Assembly: GCA_964016885.1 (NCBI GenBank)
Contig: OZ024745.1
Coordinates: 11,408,001 to 11,472,000 of the forward strand
DNA: 64,000 bases
Direction: 5' to 3'
Source: Eledone cirrhosa
Taxonomy: Eukaryota
Positions 37,729 to 50,800 of this stretch are shown here, in pieces. Below the pieces are notes generated by a model. The model did not search any database and had not been told where the DNA came from. It saw only the letters and a list, made by a program, of their open reading frames with translations. Every line of letters starts with the position of its first letter. Positions within the stretch are counted from its first letter, which is position 1. The translations under genes and the position numbers were made by a program.

Positions 37729-37914
37729 ATAGAATTAGAAGCTTTCACTGTTGGTTGACTACAGTCTAATATTAGGGCGTTATACCTCCAGAACAGAAAC
37801 AATGGGCATGCAAGCTAATTAATGCCCAATTTCCCCCCCTGTTATGTGGGTTCATATGCCCTAATATTAGTCTAGTTTTTGTAGTCTATATACAGTGAAA
37901 GTTTCTAAATCTAT
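37729..37914. repeat. Imperfect inverted repeat (about 50-bp arms) with an inner hairpin
   Basis: atagaattagaagctttcactgt..gactaca.ctaatattagggc pairs with gccctaatattag..tgtagtc..acagtgaaagtttctaaatctat. Confidence 0.7.
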
Positions 37915-38084
37915 TTACACTGTAAAATAGATTTAGTTCACTTTTAAGAATACATCTTGGAAATCATAAGACTTTTAATCGACCTTCTTTTCATTTTTTT
38001 CTTAATGAATCAACCCTCTCCCTGTGTGTATATGTGTGTGTGTATGTGCGTATGTGTGTGTGTAATCTATATGATATAATGTTT

Positions 38085-38488
38085 ACTACTTTAGGCACAA
38101 GGCCAACAATTTTGGGGAAGGAGAAGCCGATTAAATCGACCAAATATGTGACTGGTACTTTATTTTATCGACCTTGGATGGATAACCTCGGCAGGATTTG
38201 GACTCAGAACGTAGAAAGTCGTAACTAAAAACAATAAACCATTTTATCCGACGCTCTCCCGATCTGCCAATCCTCCTTCCTTGCAATCTATAAACTTATA
38301 CTCCAACAAATAATTGTTTCTACATTTGGCCAGCAATTACCCAGTGCATTACTGCTACTTTATTTTATCGACCCAGTAAGAATGAAAGGCAAAGTTGACC
38401 TCGGTGGGATTTGAACTCACACTGTAAAGGGCAGTAACTCTATGCTACAAAGCATGGCGTCCGACCTTCTACCGATACTGCCAATCCA
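38085..38488 (-). mobile_element. Two adjacent tRNA-SINE copies (about 38085-38280 and 38314-38488)
   Basis: Reverse complements of the 18203 family: ctgccaatcc A box, gatttg(g/a)actca B box, tactttattttatcgacc core. Confidence 0.8.
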
Positions 38489-38648
38489 GTTTATAAGCCA
38501 ATAAAAAAACACAGGCATTCTTATTTATAGGTAGTATTTCGTCTCTCCTCTTTGAGTTCTTATTCAAGAGTCAACATTCTTTCTGAAACTTCTGGAATGT
38601 CAATAAAATTCCTATTTACATTTGATGTAAGTATGGTCCCTGGGGAAA

Positions 38649-38761
38649 TAGTAGTGAGGGTTTGGGGACCGTATTGATATACGGCGTAGTAGTGAAGGTG
38701 GGGGGACCGTATTGATATACGGCGTAGTAGTGGGGGTGGGGGACCGTATTGATATACGGCG
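38649..38761. repeat. 3 x 37-38-bp G-rich minisatellite
   Basis: tagtagtg..ggggaccgtattgatatacggcg occurs three times. Confidence 0.92.
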
Positions 38762-38800
38762 TTTATAGGGTTTGAATACAGCAGATTTCATCTAGAGAAG

Positions 38801-41800
38801 GATAAAGAGAGTGAGAGAATGGATGTGAGATAAAGAGAGTGAGAGAATGGATGTGAGATAAAGAGAGTGAGAGAATGGATGTGAGAGAAAGAGAGTGAGA
38901 GAATGGACATGAGATAGAGAGAGTGAGAGAATGGATGTGAGATAGAGAGAGTGAGAGAATGGATGTGAGATAAAGAGAGTGAGAGAATGGATGTGAGATA
39001 GAGAGAGTGAGAGAATGGATGTGAGATAGAGAGAGTGAGAGAATGGATGTGAGATAAAGAGAGTGAGAGAATGGATGTGAGATAGAGAGAGTGAGAGAAT
39101 GGATATGAGATAGAGAGAGTGAAAGAATGGATGTGAGATAGAGAGAGTGAGAGAATGGATGTGAGATAGTGAGAGTGAGAGAATGGATGTGAGATAGAGA
39201 GAGTGAGAGAATGGATGTGAGATAAAGAGAGTGAGAGAATGGATGTGAGATAAAGAGAGTGAGAGAATGGATGTGAGATAAAGAGAGCGAGAGAATGGAT
39301 GTGAGGTAGAGAGAGTGAGAGAATGGATGTGAGTAGAGAGAGTGAGAGAATGGATGGGAGATAAAGAGAGTGAGAGAATGGATGTGAGATAAAGAGAGTG
39401 AGAGAATGGATGTGCGATAGAGAGAGTGAGAGAATGGATGTGAGATAGAGAGAGTGAGAGAATGGATGTGAGATAAAGAGAGTGAGAGAATGGATGTGAG
39501 ATAGAGAGAGTGAGAGAATGGATGTGAGATAGAGAGAGTGAGAGAATGGATGTGAGATAGAGAGAGTGAGAGAATGGATGTGAGATAAAGAGAGTGAGAG
39601 AATGGATGTGAGATAGAGAGAGTGAGAGAATTTATCAGAGATAGAGAGAGTGAGAGAATGGATGTGAGATAGAGAGAGTGAGAGAATGGATGTGAGATAA
39701 AGAGAGTGAGAGAATGGATGTGAGATAAAGAGAGTGAGAGAATGGATGTGAGATAAAGAGTGTGAGAAAATGGATGTGAGATAGAGAGAGTGAGAGAATG
39801 GATGTGAGATAGAGAGAGTGAGAGAATCGATGTGAGATAGAGAGAGTGAGAGAATGGATGTGAGATAGAGAGAGTGAGAGAATGGATGTGAGATAAAGAG
39901 AGTGAGAGAATGGATGTGAGATAGAGAGAGTGAGAGAATGGATGTGAGATAGAGAGTGAGAGAATGGATGTCAGATAAAGAGAGTGAGAGAATGGATGTG
40001 AGATAGAGAGAGTCAGAGAATGGATGTGAGATAGAGAGAGTGAGAGAATGGATGTGAGATAGAGAGAGTGAGAGAATGGATGTGAGATAGAGAGAGTGAG
40101 AGAATGGATGTGAGATAAAGAGAGTGAGAGAATGGATGTGAGATAAAGAGAGTGAGAGAATGGATGTGAGATAGAGAGAGTGAGAGAATGGATATGAGAT
40201 AGAGAGAGTGAGAGAATGGATGTGAGATAGAGAGAGTGAGAGAATGGATGTGAGATAGAGAGAGTGAGAGAATGGATGTGAGATAAAGAGAGTGACAGAA
40301 TGGATGTGAGATAGAGAGAGTGAGAGAATGGATGTGAGATAAAGAGAGTGACAGAATGGATGTGAGCTAGAGAGAGTGAGAGAATGGATGTGAGATAAAG
40401 TGAGTGAGAGAATGGATGTGAGATAGAGAGATTTAGAGAATGGATGTGAGATAGAGAGAGTGAGAGAATGGATGTGAGATAGAGAGAGTGAGAGAATGGA
40501 TGTGAGATAGAGAGAGTGAGAGAATGGATGTGAGATAAAGAGAGTGAGAGAATGGATGTGAGATAGAGAGAGTGAGAGAATGGATGTGAGATAGAGAGAG
40601 TGAGAGAATGGATGTGAGATAAAGAGAGTGACAGAATGGATGTGAGCTAGAGAGAGTGAGAGAATGGATGTGAGATAAAGTGAGTGAGAGAATGGATGTG
40701 AGATAGAGAGATTTAGAGAATGGATGTGAGATAAAGAGAGTGAGAGAATGGATGTGAGATAGAGAGAGTGAGAGAATGGATGTGAGATAGAGAGAGTGAG
40801 AGAATGGATGTGAGATAGAGAGAGTGAGAGAATGGATGTGAGATAGAGAGAGTGAGAGAATGGATGTGAGATAAAGAGAGTGAGAGAATGGATGTGAGAT
40901 AGAGAGAGTGAGAGAATGGATGTGAGATAGAGAGAGTGAGAGAATGGATGTGAGATAGAGAGAGTGAGAGAATGGATGTGAGATAGAGAGAGTGAGAGAA
41001 TGGATGTGAGATAAAGAGAGTGAGAGAATGGATGTGAGATAGAGAGAGTGAGAGAATGGATGTGAGATAGAGAGAGTGAGAGAATGGATGTGAGATAAAG
41101 TGAGTGAGAGAATGGATGTGAGATAGAGAGTGTGAGAGAATGGATGTGAGATAGAGAGAGTGAGAGAATGGATGTGAGATAGAGAGAGTGAGAGAATGGA
41201 TGTGAGATAGAGAGAGTGAGAGAATGGATGTGAGATAAAGTGAGTGAGAGAATGGATGTGAGATAGAGAGAGTGAGAGAATGGATATGAGATAGAGAGAG
41301 TGAGTGAATGGATGTGAGATAGAGAGAGTGAGAGAATGGATATGAGATAGAGAGAGTGAGTGAATGGATGTGAGATAGAGAGAGTGAGAGAATGGATGTG
41401 AGATAAAGTGAGTGAGAGAATGGATGTGAGATAGAGAGAGTGAGAGAATGGATGTGAGATAGAGAGAGTGAGTGAATGGATGTGAGATAGAGAGAGTGAG
41501 AGAATGGATGGGAGATAGAGAGAGTCAGAGAATGGATGTGAGATAGAGAGAGTCAGAGAATGGATGTGAGATAAAGTGAGTGAGAGAATGGATGTGAGAT
41601 AAAGAGAGTGAGAGAATGGATGTGAGATAAAGAGAGTGAGAGAACGGATGTGAGATAGAGAGAGTGAGAGAATGGATGTGAGATAGAGAGTGAGAGAATG
41701 GATATGTGATAGAGAGAGTGAGAGAATGGATGTGAGATAGAGAGAGTGAGAGAATGTATGTGAGATAGAGAGAGTGAGAGAATGGATGTGAGATAGAGAG

Positions 41801-44800
41801 AGTGAGAGAATGGATGTGAGATAGAGAGAGTGAGAGAATGGATGTGAGATAGAGAGAGTCAGAGAATGGATGTGAGATAAAGAGAGTGAGAGAATGGATG
41901 TGAGATAAAGAGAGTGAGAGAATGGATGTGAGATAAAGAGAGTGAGAGAATGGATGTGAGATAAAGAGAGTGAGAGAATGGATGTGAGATAGAGAGAGTG
42001 AGAGAATGGATCTGAGATAGAGAGAGTGAGAGAATGGATGTGAGATAAAGAGAGTGAGAGATGGATGTCAGATAGAGAGAGTGAGCGAATGAATGTGAGA
42101 TAGAGAGAGTGACAGAATGGATGTGAGATAAAGATAGTGAGAGAATGGATGTGAGATAGAGAGAGTGAGAGAATGGATGTGAGATAGAGAGATTGAGAGA
42201 ATGTATGTGAGATAGAGAGAGTGAGAGAATGGATGTGAGATAGAGAGAGTGAGGGAATGGATGTGAGATAGACAGAGTGAGAGAATGGATGTGAGATAGA
42301 GAGAGTGAGAGAATGGATGTGAGATAGAGAGAGTCAGAGAATGGATGTGAGATAGAGAGAGTCAGAGAATGGATGTGAGATAAAGAGAGTGAGAGAATGG
42401 ATGTGAGATAAAGAGAGTGAGAGAATGGATGTGAGATAAAGAGAGTGAGAGAACGGATGTGAGATAGAGAGAGTGAGAGAATGGATGTGAGATAAAGAGA
42501 GTGAGAGAATGGATGTGAGATAGAGAGAGTGAGAGAATGGATGTGAGATAGAGAGAGTGAGAGAATGGATGTGAGATAGAGAGAGTGAGGGAATGGATGT
42601 GAGATAAAGAAAGTGAGAGAATGGATGTGAGATAGAGAGAGTGAGAGAATGGATGTGAGATAGAGAGAGTGAGAGAATGGATGTGAGATAGAGAGAGTGA
42701 GAGAATGGATGTGAGATAAAGAGAGTGAGAGAATGGATGTGAGATAAAGAGAGTGACAGAATGGATGTGAGCTAGAGAGAGTGAGAGAACGGATGTGAGA
42801 TAGAGAGAGTGAGAGAATGGATGTGAGATAAAGAGAGTGAGAGAATGGATGTGAGATAGAGAGAGTGAGAGAATGGATCTGAGATAGAGAGAGTGAGAGA
42901 ATGGATGTGAGATAAAGAGAGTGAGAGAATGTATGTGAGATAGAGAGAGTGAGAGAATGGATGTGAGATAGAGAGTGTGAGAGAATGGATGTGAGATAGA
43001 GAGAGTGAAAGAATGGATGTGAGATAGAGAGAGTGAGAGAATGGATGTGAGATAGTGAGAGTGAGAGAATGGATGTGAGATAGTGAGAGTGAGAGAATGG
43101 ATGTGAGATAGAGAGAGTGAGAGAATGGATGTGAGATAAAGAGAGTGAGAGAATGGATGTGAGATAAAGAGAGTGAGAGAATGGATGTGAGATAAAGAGA
43201 GCGAGAGAATGGATGTGAGGTAGAGAGAGTGAGAGAATGGATGTGAGATAGAGAGAGTGAGAGAATGGATGGGAGATAAAGAGAGTGAGAGAATGGATGT
43301 GAGATAGAAAGTGTGAGAGAATGGATGTGAGATAGAGAGAGTGAAAGAATGGATGTGAGATAGAGAGAGTGAGAGAATGGATGTGAGATAAAGAGAGTGA
43401 GAGAATGGATGTGAGATAAAGAGAGTGAGAGAATGGATGTGAGATAAAGAGTGTGAGAAAATGGATGTGAGATAGAGAGAGTGAGAGAATGGATGTGAGA
43501 TAGAGAGAGTGAGAGAATCGATGTGAGATAGAGAGAGTGAGAGAATGGATGTGAGATAGAGAGAGTGAGAGAATGGATGTGAGATAAAGAGAGTGAGAGA
43601 ATGGATGTGAGATAGAGAGTGAGAGAATGGATGTCAGATAAAGAGAATGAGAGAATGGATGTGAGATAGAGAGAGTCAGAGAATGGATGTGAGATAGAGA
43701 GAGTGAGAGAATGGATGTGAGAGAGAGAGAGTGAGAGAATGGATGTGAGATAGAGAGAGTGAGAGAATGGATGTGAGATAAAGAGAGTGAGTGAATGGAT
43801 GTGAGATAAAGAGAGTGTGAGAATGGATGTGAGATAAAGAGAGTGAGAGAATGGATGTGAGATAAAGAGAGTGAGAGAATGGATGTGAGATAAAGAGAGT
43901 GAGAGAATGGATGTGAGATAGAGAGAGTGAGAGAATGGATGTGAGATAGAGAGAGTGAGAGAATGGATGTGAGATAGACAGAGTGAGAGAATGGATGTGA
44001 GATAGAGAGAGTGAGAGAATGGATGTGAGCTAAAGAGAGTGAGAGAATGGATGTGAGATAGAGAGAGTGAGAGAATGGATGTGAGATAAAGAGAGTGACA
44101 GAATGGATGTGAGCTAGAGAGAGTGAGAGAATGGATGTGAGATAAAGTGAGTGAGAGAATGGATGTGAGATAGAGAGATTTAGAGAATGGATGTGAGATA
44201 GAGAGAGTGAGAGAATGGATGTGAGATAGAGAAAGTGAGAGAATGGATGTGAGATAAAGAGAGTGAGAGAATGGATGTGAGATAGAGAGAGTGAGAGAAT
44301 GGATGTGAGATAGAGAGAGTGAGAGAATGGATGTGAGATAAAGAGAGTGACAGAATGGATGTGAGCTAGAGAGAGTGAGAGAATGGATGTGAGATAAAGT
44401 GAGTGAGAGAATGGATGTGAGATAGAGAGATTTAGAGAATGGATGTGAGATAAAGAGAGTTAGAGAATGGATGTGAGATAGAGAGAGTGAGAGAATGGAT
44501 GTGAGATAAAGAGAGTGACAGAATGGATGTGAGCTAGAGAGAGTGAGAGAATGGATGTGAGATAAAGTGAGTGAGAGAATGGATGTGAGATAGAGAGATT
44601 TAGAGAATGGATGTGAGATAGAGAGAGTGAGAGAATGGATGTGAGATAGAGAGAGTGAGAGAATGGATGTGAGATAGAGAGAGTGAGAGAATGGATGTGA
44701 GATAAAGAGGGTGAGAGAATGGATGTGAGATAGAGAGAGTGAGAGAATGGATGTGAGATAGAGAGAGTGAGAGAATGGATGTGAGATAGAGAGAGTGAGA

Positions 44801-47800
44801 GAATGGATGTGAGATAGAGAGAGTGAGAGAATGGATGTGAGATAAAGAGAGTGAGAGAATGGATGTGAGATAGAGAGAGTGAGAGAATGGATGTGAGATA
44901 GAGAGAGTGAGAGAATGGATGTGAGATAAAGTGAGTGAGAGAATGGATGTGAGATAGAGAGAGTGAGAGAATGGATGTGAGATAGAGAGAGTGAGAGAAT
45001 GGATGTGAGATAGAGAGAGTGAGAGAATGGATGTGAGATAGAGAGAGTGAGAGAATGGATGTGAGATAAAGTGAGTGAGAGAATGGATGTGAGATAGAGA
45101 GAGTGAGAGAATGGATGTGAGATAAAGAGAGTGAGAGAATGGATATGAGATAGAGAGAGTGAGTGAATGGATGTGAGATAGAGAGAGTGAGAGAATGGAT
45201 ATGAGATAGAGAGAGTGAGTGAATGGATGTGAGATAGAGAGAGTGAGAGAATGGATGTGAGATAGAGAGAGTGAGAGAATGGATGTGAGATAGAGAGAGT
45301 CAGAGAATGGATATGAGATAAAGTGAGTGAGAGAATGGATGTGAGATAAAGAGAGTGAGAGAATGGATGTGAGATAAAGAGAGTGAGATAACGGATGTGA
45401 GATAGAGAGAGTGAGAGAATGGATGTGAGATAAAGAGAGTGAGAGAATGGATGTGAGACAGAGAGAGTGAGAGAATGGATGTGAGATAGAGAGAGTGAGA
45501 GAATGGATGTGAGATAAAGAGAGTGAGAGAATGGATGTGAAATAGAGAGTGAGAGAATGGATGTGAGATAGAGAGAGTCAGAGAATGGATGTGAGATAAA
45601 GAGAGTGAGAGAATGGATGTGAGATAAAGAGAGTGAGAGAATGGATGTGAGATAAAGAGAGTGAGAGAACGGATGTGAGATAGAGAGAGTGAGAGAATGG
45701 ATGTGAGATAAAGAGAGTGAGAGAATGGATGTGAGATAGAGAGAGTGAGAGAATGGATGTGAGATAGAGAGAGTGAGAGAATGGATGTGAGATAAAGAGA
45801 GTGAGAGAATGGATGTGAGATAAAGAGAGTGAGAGAATGGATGTGAGATAAAGAGAGTGAGAGAATGGATGTGAGATAAAGAGAGTGAGAGAATGGATGT
45901 GAGATAGAGAGAGTGAGAGAATGGATGTGAGATAGAGAGTGAGAGAATGGATGTGAGATAAAGAGAGTGAGAAAATGGATGTGAGATAGAGAGAGTGAGC
46001 GAATGGATGTGAGATAGAGAGAGTGAGAAAATGGATGTGAGATAAAGATAGTGAGAGAATTGATGTGAGATAGAGAGAGTGAGAGAATGTATGTGAGATA
46101 GAGAGAGTGAGAGAATGAATGTGAGATAGAGAGAGTGAGGGAATGGATGTGAGATAGACAGAGTGAGAGAATGGATGTGAGATAGAGAGAGTGAGAGAAT
46201 GGATGTGCGATAGAGAGAGTGAGAGAATGGATGTGAGATAGAGAGAGTCAGAGAATGGATGTGAGATAAAGAGAGTGAGAGAATGGATGTGAGATAAAGA
46301 GAGTGAGAGAATGGATGTGAGATAAAGAGAGTGAGAGAACGGATGTGAGATAGAGAGAGTGAGAGAATGGATGTGAGATAAAGAGAGTGAGAGAATGGAT
46401 GTGAGATAGAGAGAGTGAGAGAATGGATGTGAGATAGAGAGAGTGAGAGAATGGATGTGAGATAGAGAGAGTGAGGGAATGGATGTGAGATAAAGAAAGT
46501 TAGAGAATGGATGTGAGATAGAGAGAGTGAGAGAATGGATGTGAGATAGAGAGAGTGAGAGAATGGATGTGAGATAGAGAGAGTGAGAGAATGGATGTGA
46601 GATAGAGAGAGTGAGAGAATGGATGTGAGATAAAGAGAGTGACAGAATGGATGTGAGCTAGAGAGAGTGAGAGAATGGACGTGAGATAAAGTGAGTGAGA
46701 GAATGGATGTGAGATAGAGAGATTTAGAGAATGGATGTGAGATAAAGAGAGTGAGAGAATGGATGTGAGATGGAGAGAGTGAGAGAATGGATGTGAGATA
46801 GAGAGAGTGAGAGAATGGATGTGAGATAGAGAGAGTGAGAGAATGGATGTGAGATAGAGAGAGTGAGAGAATGGATGTAAGATAAAGAGAGTGAGAGAAT
46901 GGATGTGAGATAGAGAGAGTGAGAGAATGGATGTGAGATAGAGAGAGTGAGAGAATGGATGTGAGATAGAGAGAGTGAGAGAATGGATGTGAGATAGAGA
47001 GAGTGAGAGAATGGATGTGAGATAAAGTGAGTGAGAGAATGGATGTGAGATAGAGAGAGTGAGAGAATGGATGTGAGATAGAGTGAGAGAATGGATATGA
47101 GATAGAGAGAGTGAGTGAATGGATGTGAGATAGAGAGAGTGAGAGAATGGATATGAGATAGAGAGAGTGAGTGAATGGATGTGAGATAGAGAGAGTGAGA
47201 GAATGGATGTGGGATAGAGAGAGTGAGAGAATGGATGTGAGATAGAGAGAGTCAGAGAATGGATGTGAGATAAAGAGAGTGAGAGAATGGATGTGAGATA
47301 AAGAGAGTGAGAGAATGGATAGATAAAGAGAGTGAGAGAACGGATGTGAGATAGAGAGAGTGAGAGAATGGATGTGAGATAAAGAGAGTGAGAGAATGGA
47401 TGTGAGACAGAGAGAGTGAGAGAATGGATGTGAGATAGAGAGAGTGAGAGAATGGATGTGAGATAAAGAGAGTGAGAGAATGGATGTGAGATAGAGAGTG
47501 AGAGAATGGATGTGTGATAGAGAGAGTGAGAGAATGGATGTGAGATAGAGAGAGTGAGAGAATGTATGTGAGATAGAGAGAGTGAGAGAATGGATGTGAG
47601 ATAGAGAGAGTGAGAGAATGGATGTGAGATAGAGAGAGTGAGAGAATGGATGTGAGATAGAGAGAGTGAGAGAATGGATGTGAGATAGAGAGAGTGAGAG
47701 AATGGATGTGAGATAAAGAGAGTGAGAGAATGGATGTGAGATAAAGAGAGTGAGAGAATGGATGTGAGATAAAGAGAGTGAGAGAAGGGATGTGAGATAA

Positions 47801-50800
47801 AGAGAGTGAGAGAATGGATGTGAGATAGAGAGAGTGAGAGAATGGATGTGAGATAGAGAGTGAGAGAATGGATGTGAGATAAAGAGAGTGAGAGAATGGA
47901 TGTGAGATAGAGAGTGTGAGCGAATGGATGTGAGATAGAGAGAGTGAGAGAATCGATGTGAGATAGAGAGAGTGAGAGAATGGATGTGAGATAGAGAGAG
48001 TGAGAGAATGGATGTGAGATAAAGAGAGTGAGAGAATGGATGTGAGATAGAGAGTGAGAGAATGGATGTCAGATAAAGAGAATGAGAGAATGGATGTGAG
48101 ATAGAGAGAGTCAGAGAATGGATGTGAGATAGAGAGAGTGAGAGAATGGATGTGAGAGAGAGAGAGTGAGAGAATGGATGTGAGATAGAGAGAGTGAGAG
48201 AATGGATGTGAGATAAAGAGAGTGAGTGAATGGATGTGAGATAAAGAGAGTGTGAGAATGGATGTGAGATAAAGAGAGTGAGAGAATGGATGTGAGATAA
48301 AGAGAGTGAGAGAATGGATGTGAGATAAAGAGAGTGAGAGAATGGATGTGAGATAGAGAGAGTGAGAGAATGGATGTGAGATAGAGAGAGTGAGAGAATG
48401 GATGTGAGATAGACAGAGTGAGAGAATGGATGTGAGATAGAGAGAGTGAGAGAATGGATGTGAGCTAAAGAGAGTGAGAGAATGGATGTGAGATAGAGAG
48501 AGTGAGAGAATGGATGTGAGATAAAGAGAGTGACAGAATGGATGTGAGCTAGAGAGAGTGAGAGAATGGATGTGAGATAAAGTGAGTGAGAGAATGGATG
48601 TGAGATAGAGAGATTTAGAGAATGGATGTGAGATAGAGAGAGTGAGAGAATGGATGTGAGATAGAGAAAGTGAGAGAATGGATGTGAGATAAAGAGAGTG
48701 AGAGAATGGATGTGAGATAGAGAGAGTGAGAGAATGGATGTGAGATAGAGAGAGTGAGAGAATGGATGTGAGATAAAGAGAGTGACAGAATGGATGTGAG
48801 CTAGAGAGAGTGAGAGAATGGATGTGAGATAAAGTGAGTGAGAGAATGGATGTGAGATAGAGAGATTTAGAGAATGGATGTGAGATAAAGAGAGTTAGAG
48901 AATGGATGTGAGATAGAGAGAGTGAGAGAATGGATGTGAGATAAAGAGAGTGACAGAATGGATGTGAGCTAGAGAGAGTGAGAGAATGGATGTGAGATAA
49001 AGTGAGTGAGAGAATGGATGTGAGATAGAGAGATTTAGAGAATGGATGTGAGATAGAGAGAGTGAGAGAATGGATGTGAGATAGAGAGAGTGAGAGAATG
49101 GATGTGAGATAGAGAGAGTGAGAGAATGGATGTGAGATAAAGAGGGTGAGAGAATGGATGTGAGATAGAGAGAGTGAGAGAATGGATGTAAGATAGAGAG
49201 AGTGAGAGAATGGATGTGAGATAGAGAGAGTGAGAGAATGGATGTGAGATAAAGAGAGTGAGAGAATGGATGTGAGATAGAGAGAGTGAGAGAATGGATG
49301 TGAGATAGAGAGAGTGAGAGAATGGATGTGAGATAGAGAGAGTGAGAGAATGGATGTGAGATAAAGAGAGTGAGAGAATGGATGTGAGATAGAGAGAGTG
49401 AGAGAATGGATGTGAGATAGAGAGAGTGAGAGAATGGATGTGAGATAAAGTGAGTGAGAGAATGGATGTGAGATAGAGAGAGTGAGAGAATGGATGTGAG
49501 ATAAAGAGAGTGAGAGAATGGATATGAGATAGAGAGAGTGAGTGAATGGATGTGAGATAGAGAGAGTGAGAGAATGGATATGAGATAGAGAGAGTGAGTG
49601 AATGGATGTGAGATAGAGAGAGTGAGAGAATGGATGTGAGATAGAGAGAGTGAGAGAATGGATGTGAGATAGAGAGAGTCAGAGAATGGATATGAGATAA
49701 AGTGAGTGAGAGAATGGATGTGAGATAAAGAGAGTGAGAGAATGGATGTGAGATAAAGAGAGTGAGATAACGGATGTGAGATAGAGAGAGTGAGAGAATG
49801 GATGTGAGATAAAGAGAGTGAGAGAATGGATGTGAGACAGAGAGAGTGAGAGAATGGATGTGAGATAGAGAGAGTGAGAGAATGGATGTGAGATAAAGAG
49901 AGTGAGAGAATGGATGTGAAATAGAGAGTGAGAGAATGGATGTGTGATAGAGAGAGTGAGAGAATGGATGTGAGATAGAGAGAGTGAGAGAATGTATGTG
50001 AGATAGAGAGAGTGAGAGAATGGATGTGAGATAGAGAGAGTGAGAGAATGGATGTGAGATAGAGAGAGTGAGAGAATGGATGTGAGATAGAGAGAGTGAG
50101 AGAATGGATGTGAGATAAAGAGAGTGAGAGAATGGATGTGAGATAAAGAGAGTGAGAGAATGGATGTGAGATAAAGAGAGTGAGAGAATGGATGTGAGAT
50201 AAAGAGAGTGAGAGAATGGATGTGAGATAGAGAGAGTGAGAGAATGGATGTGAGATAGAGAGTGAGAGAATGGATGTGAGATAAAGAGAGTGAGAAAATG
50301 GATGTGAGATAGAGAGAGTGAGCGAATGGATGTGAGATAGAGAGAGTGAGAGAATGGATGTGAGATAAAGATAGTGAGAGAATGGATGTGAGATAGAGAG
50401 AGTGAGAGAATGGATGTGAGATAGAGAGAGTGAGAGAATGTATGTGAGATAGAGAGAGTGAGAGAATGAATGTGAGATAGAGAGAGTGAGGGAATGGATG
50501 TGAGATAGACAGAGTGAGAGAATGGATGTGAGATAGAGAGAGTGAGAGAATGGATGTGCGATAGAGAGAGTGAGAGAATGGATGTGAGATAGAGAGAGTC
50601 AGAGAATGGATGTGAGATAAAGAGAGTGAGAGAATGGATGTGAGATAAAGAGAGTGAGAGAATGGATGTGAGATAAAGAGAGTGAGAGAACGGATGTGAG
50701 ATAGAGAGAGTGAGAGAATGGATGTGAGATAAAGAGAGTGAGAGAATGGATGTGAGATAGAGAGAGTGAGAGAATGGATGTGAGATAGAGAGAGTGAGAG

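Noticed and set aside
38649-38761. CRISPR-like 37-38-bp palindromic repeats
   Set aside because: No unique spacers, no cas genes, eukaryotic context.
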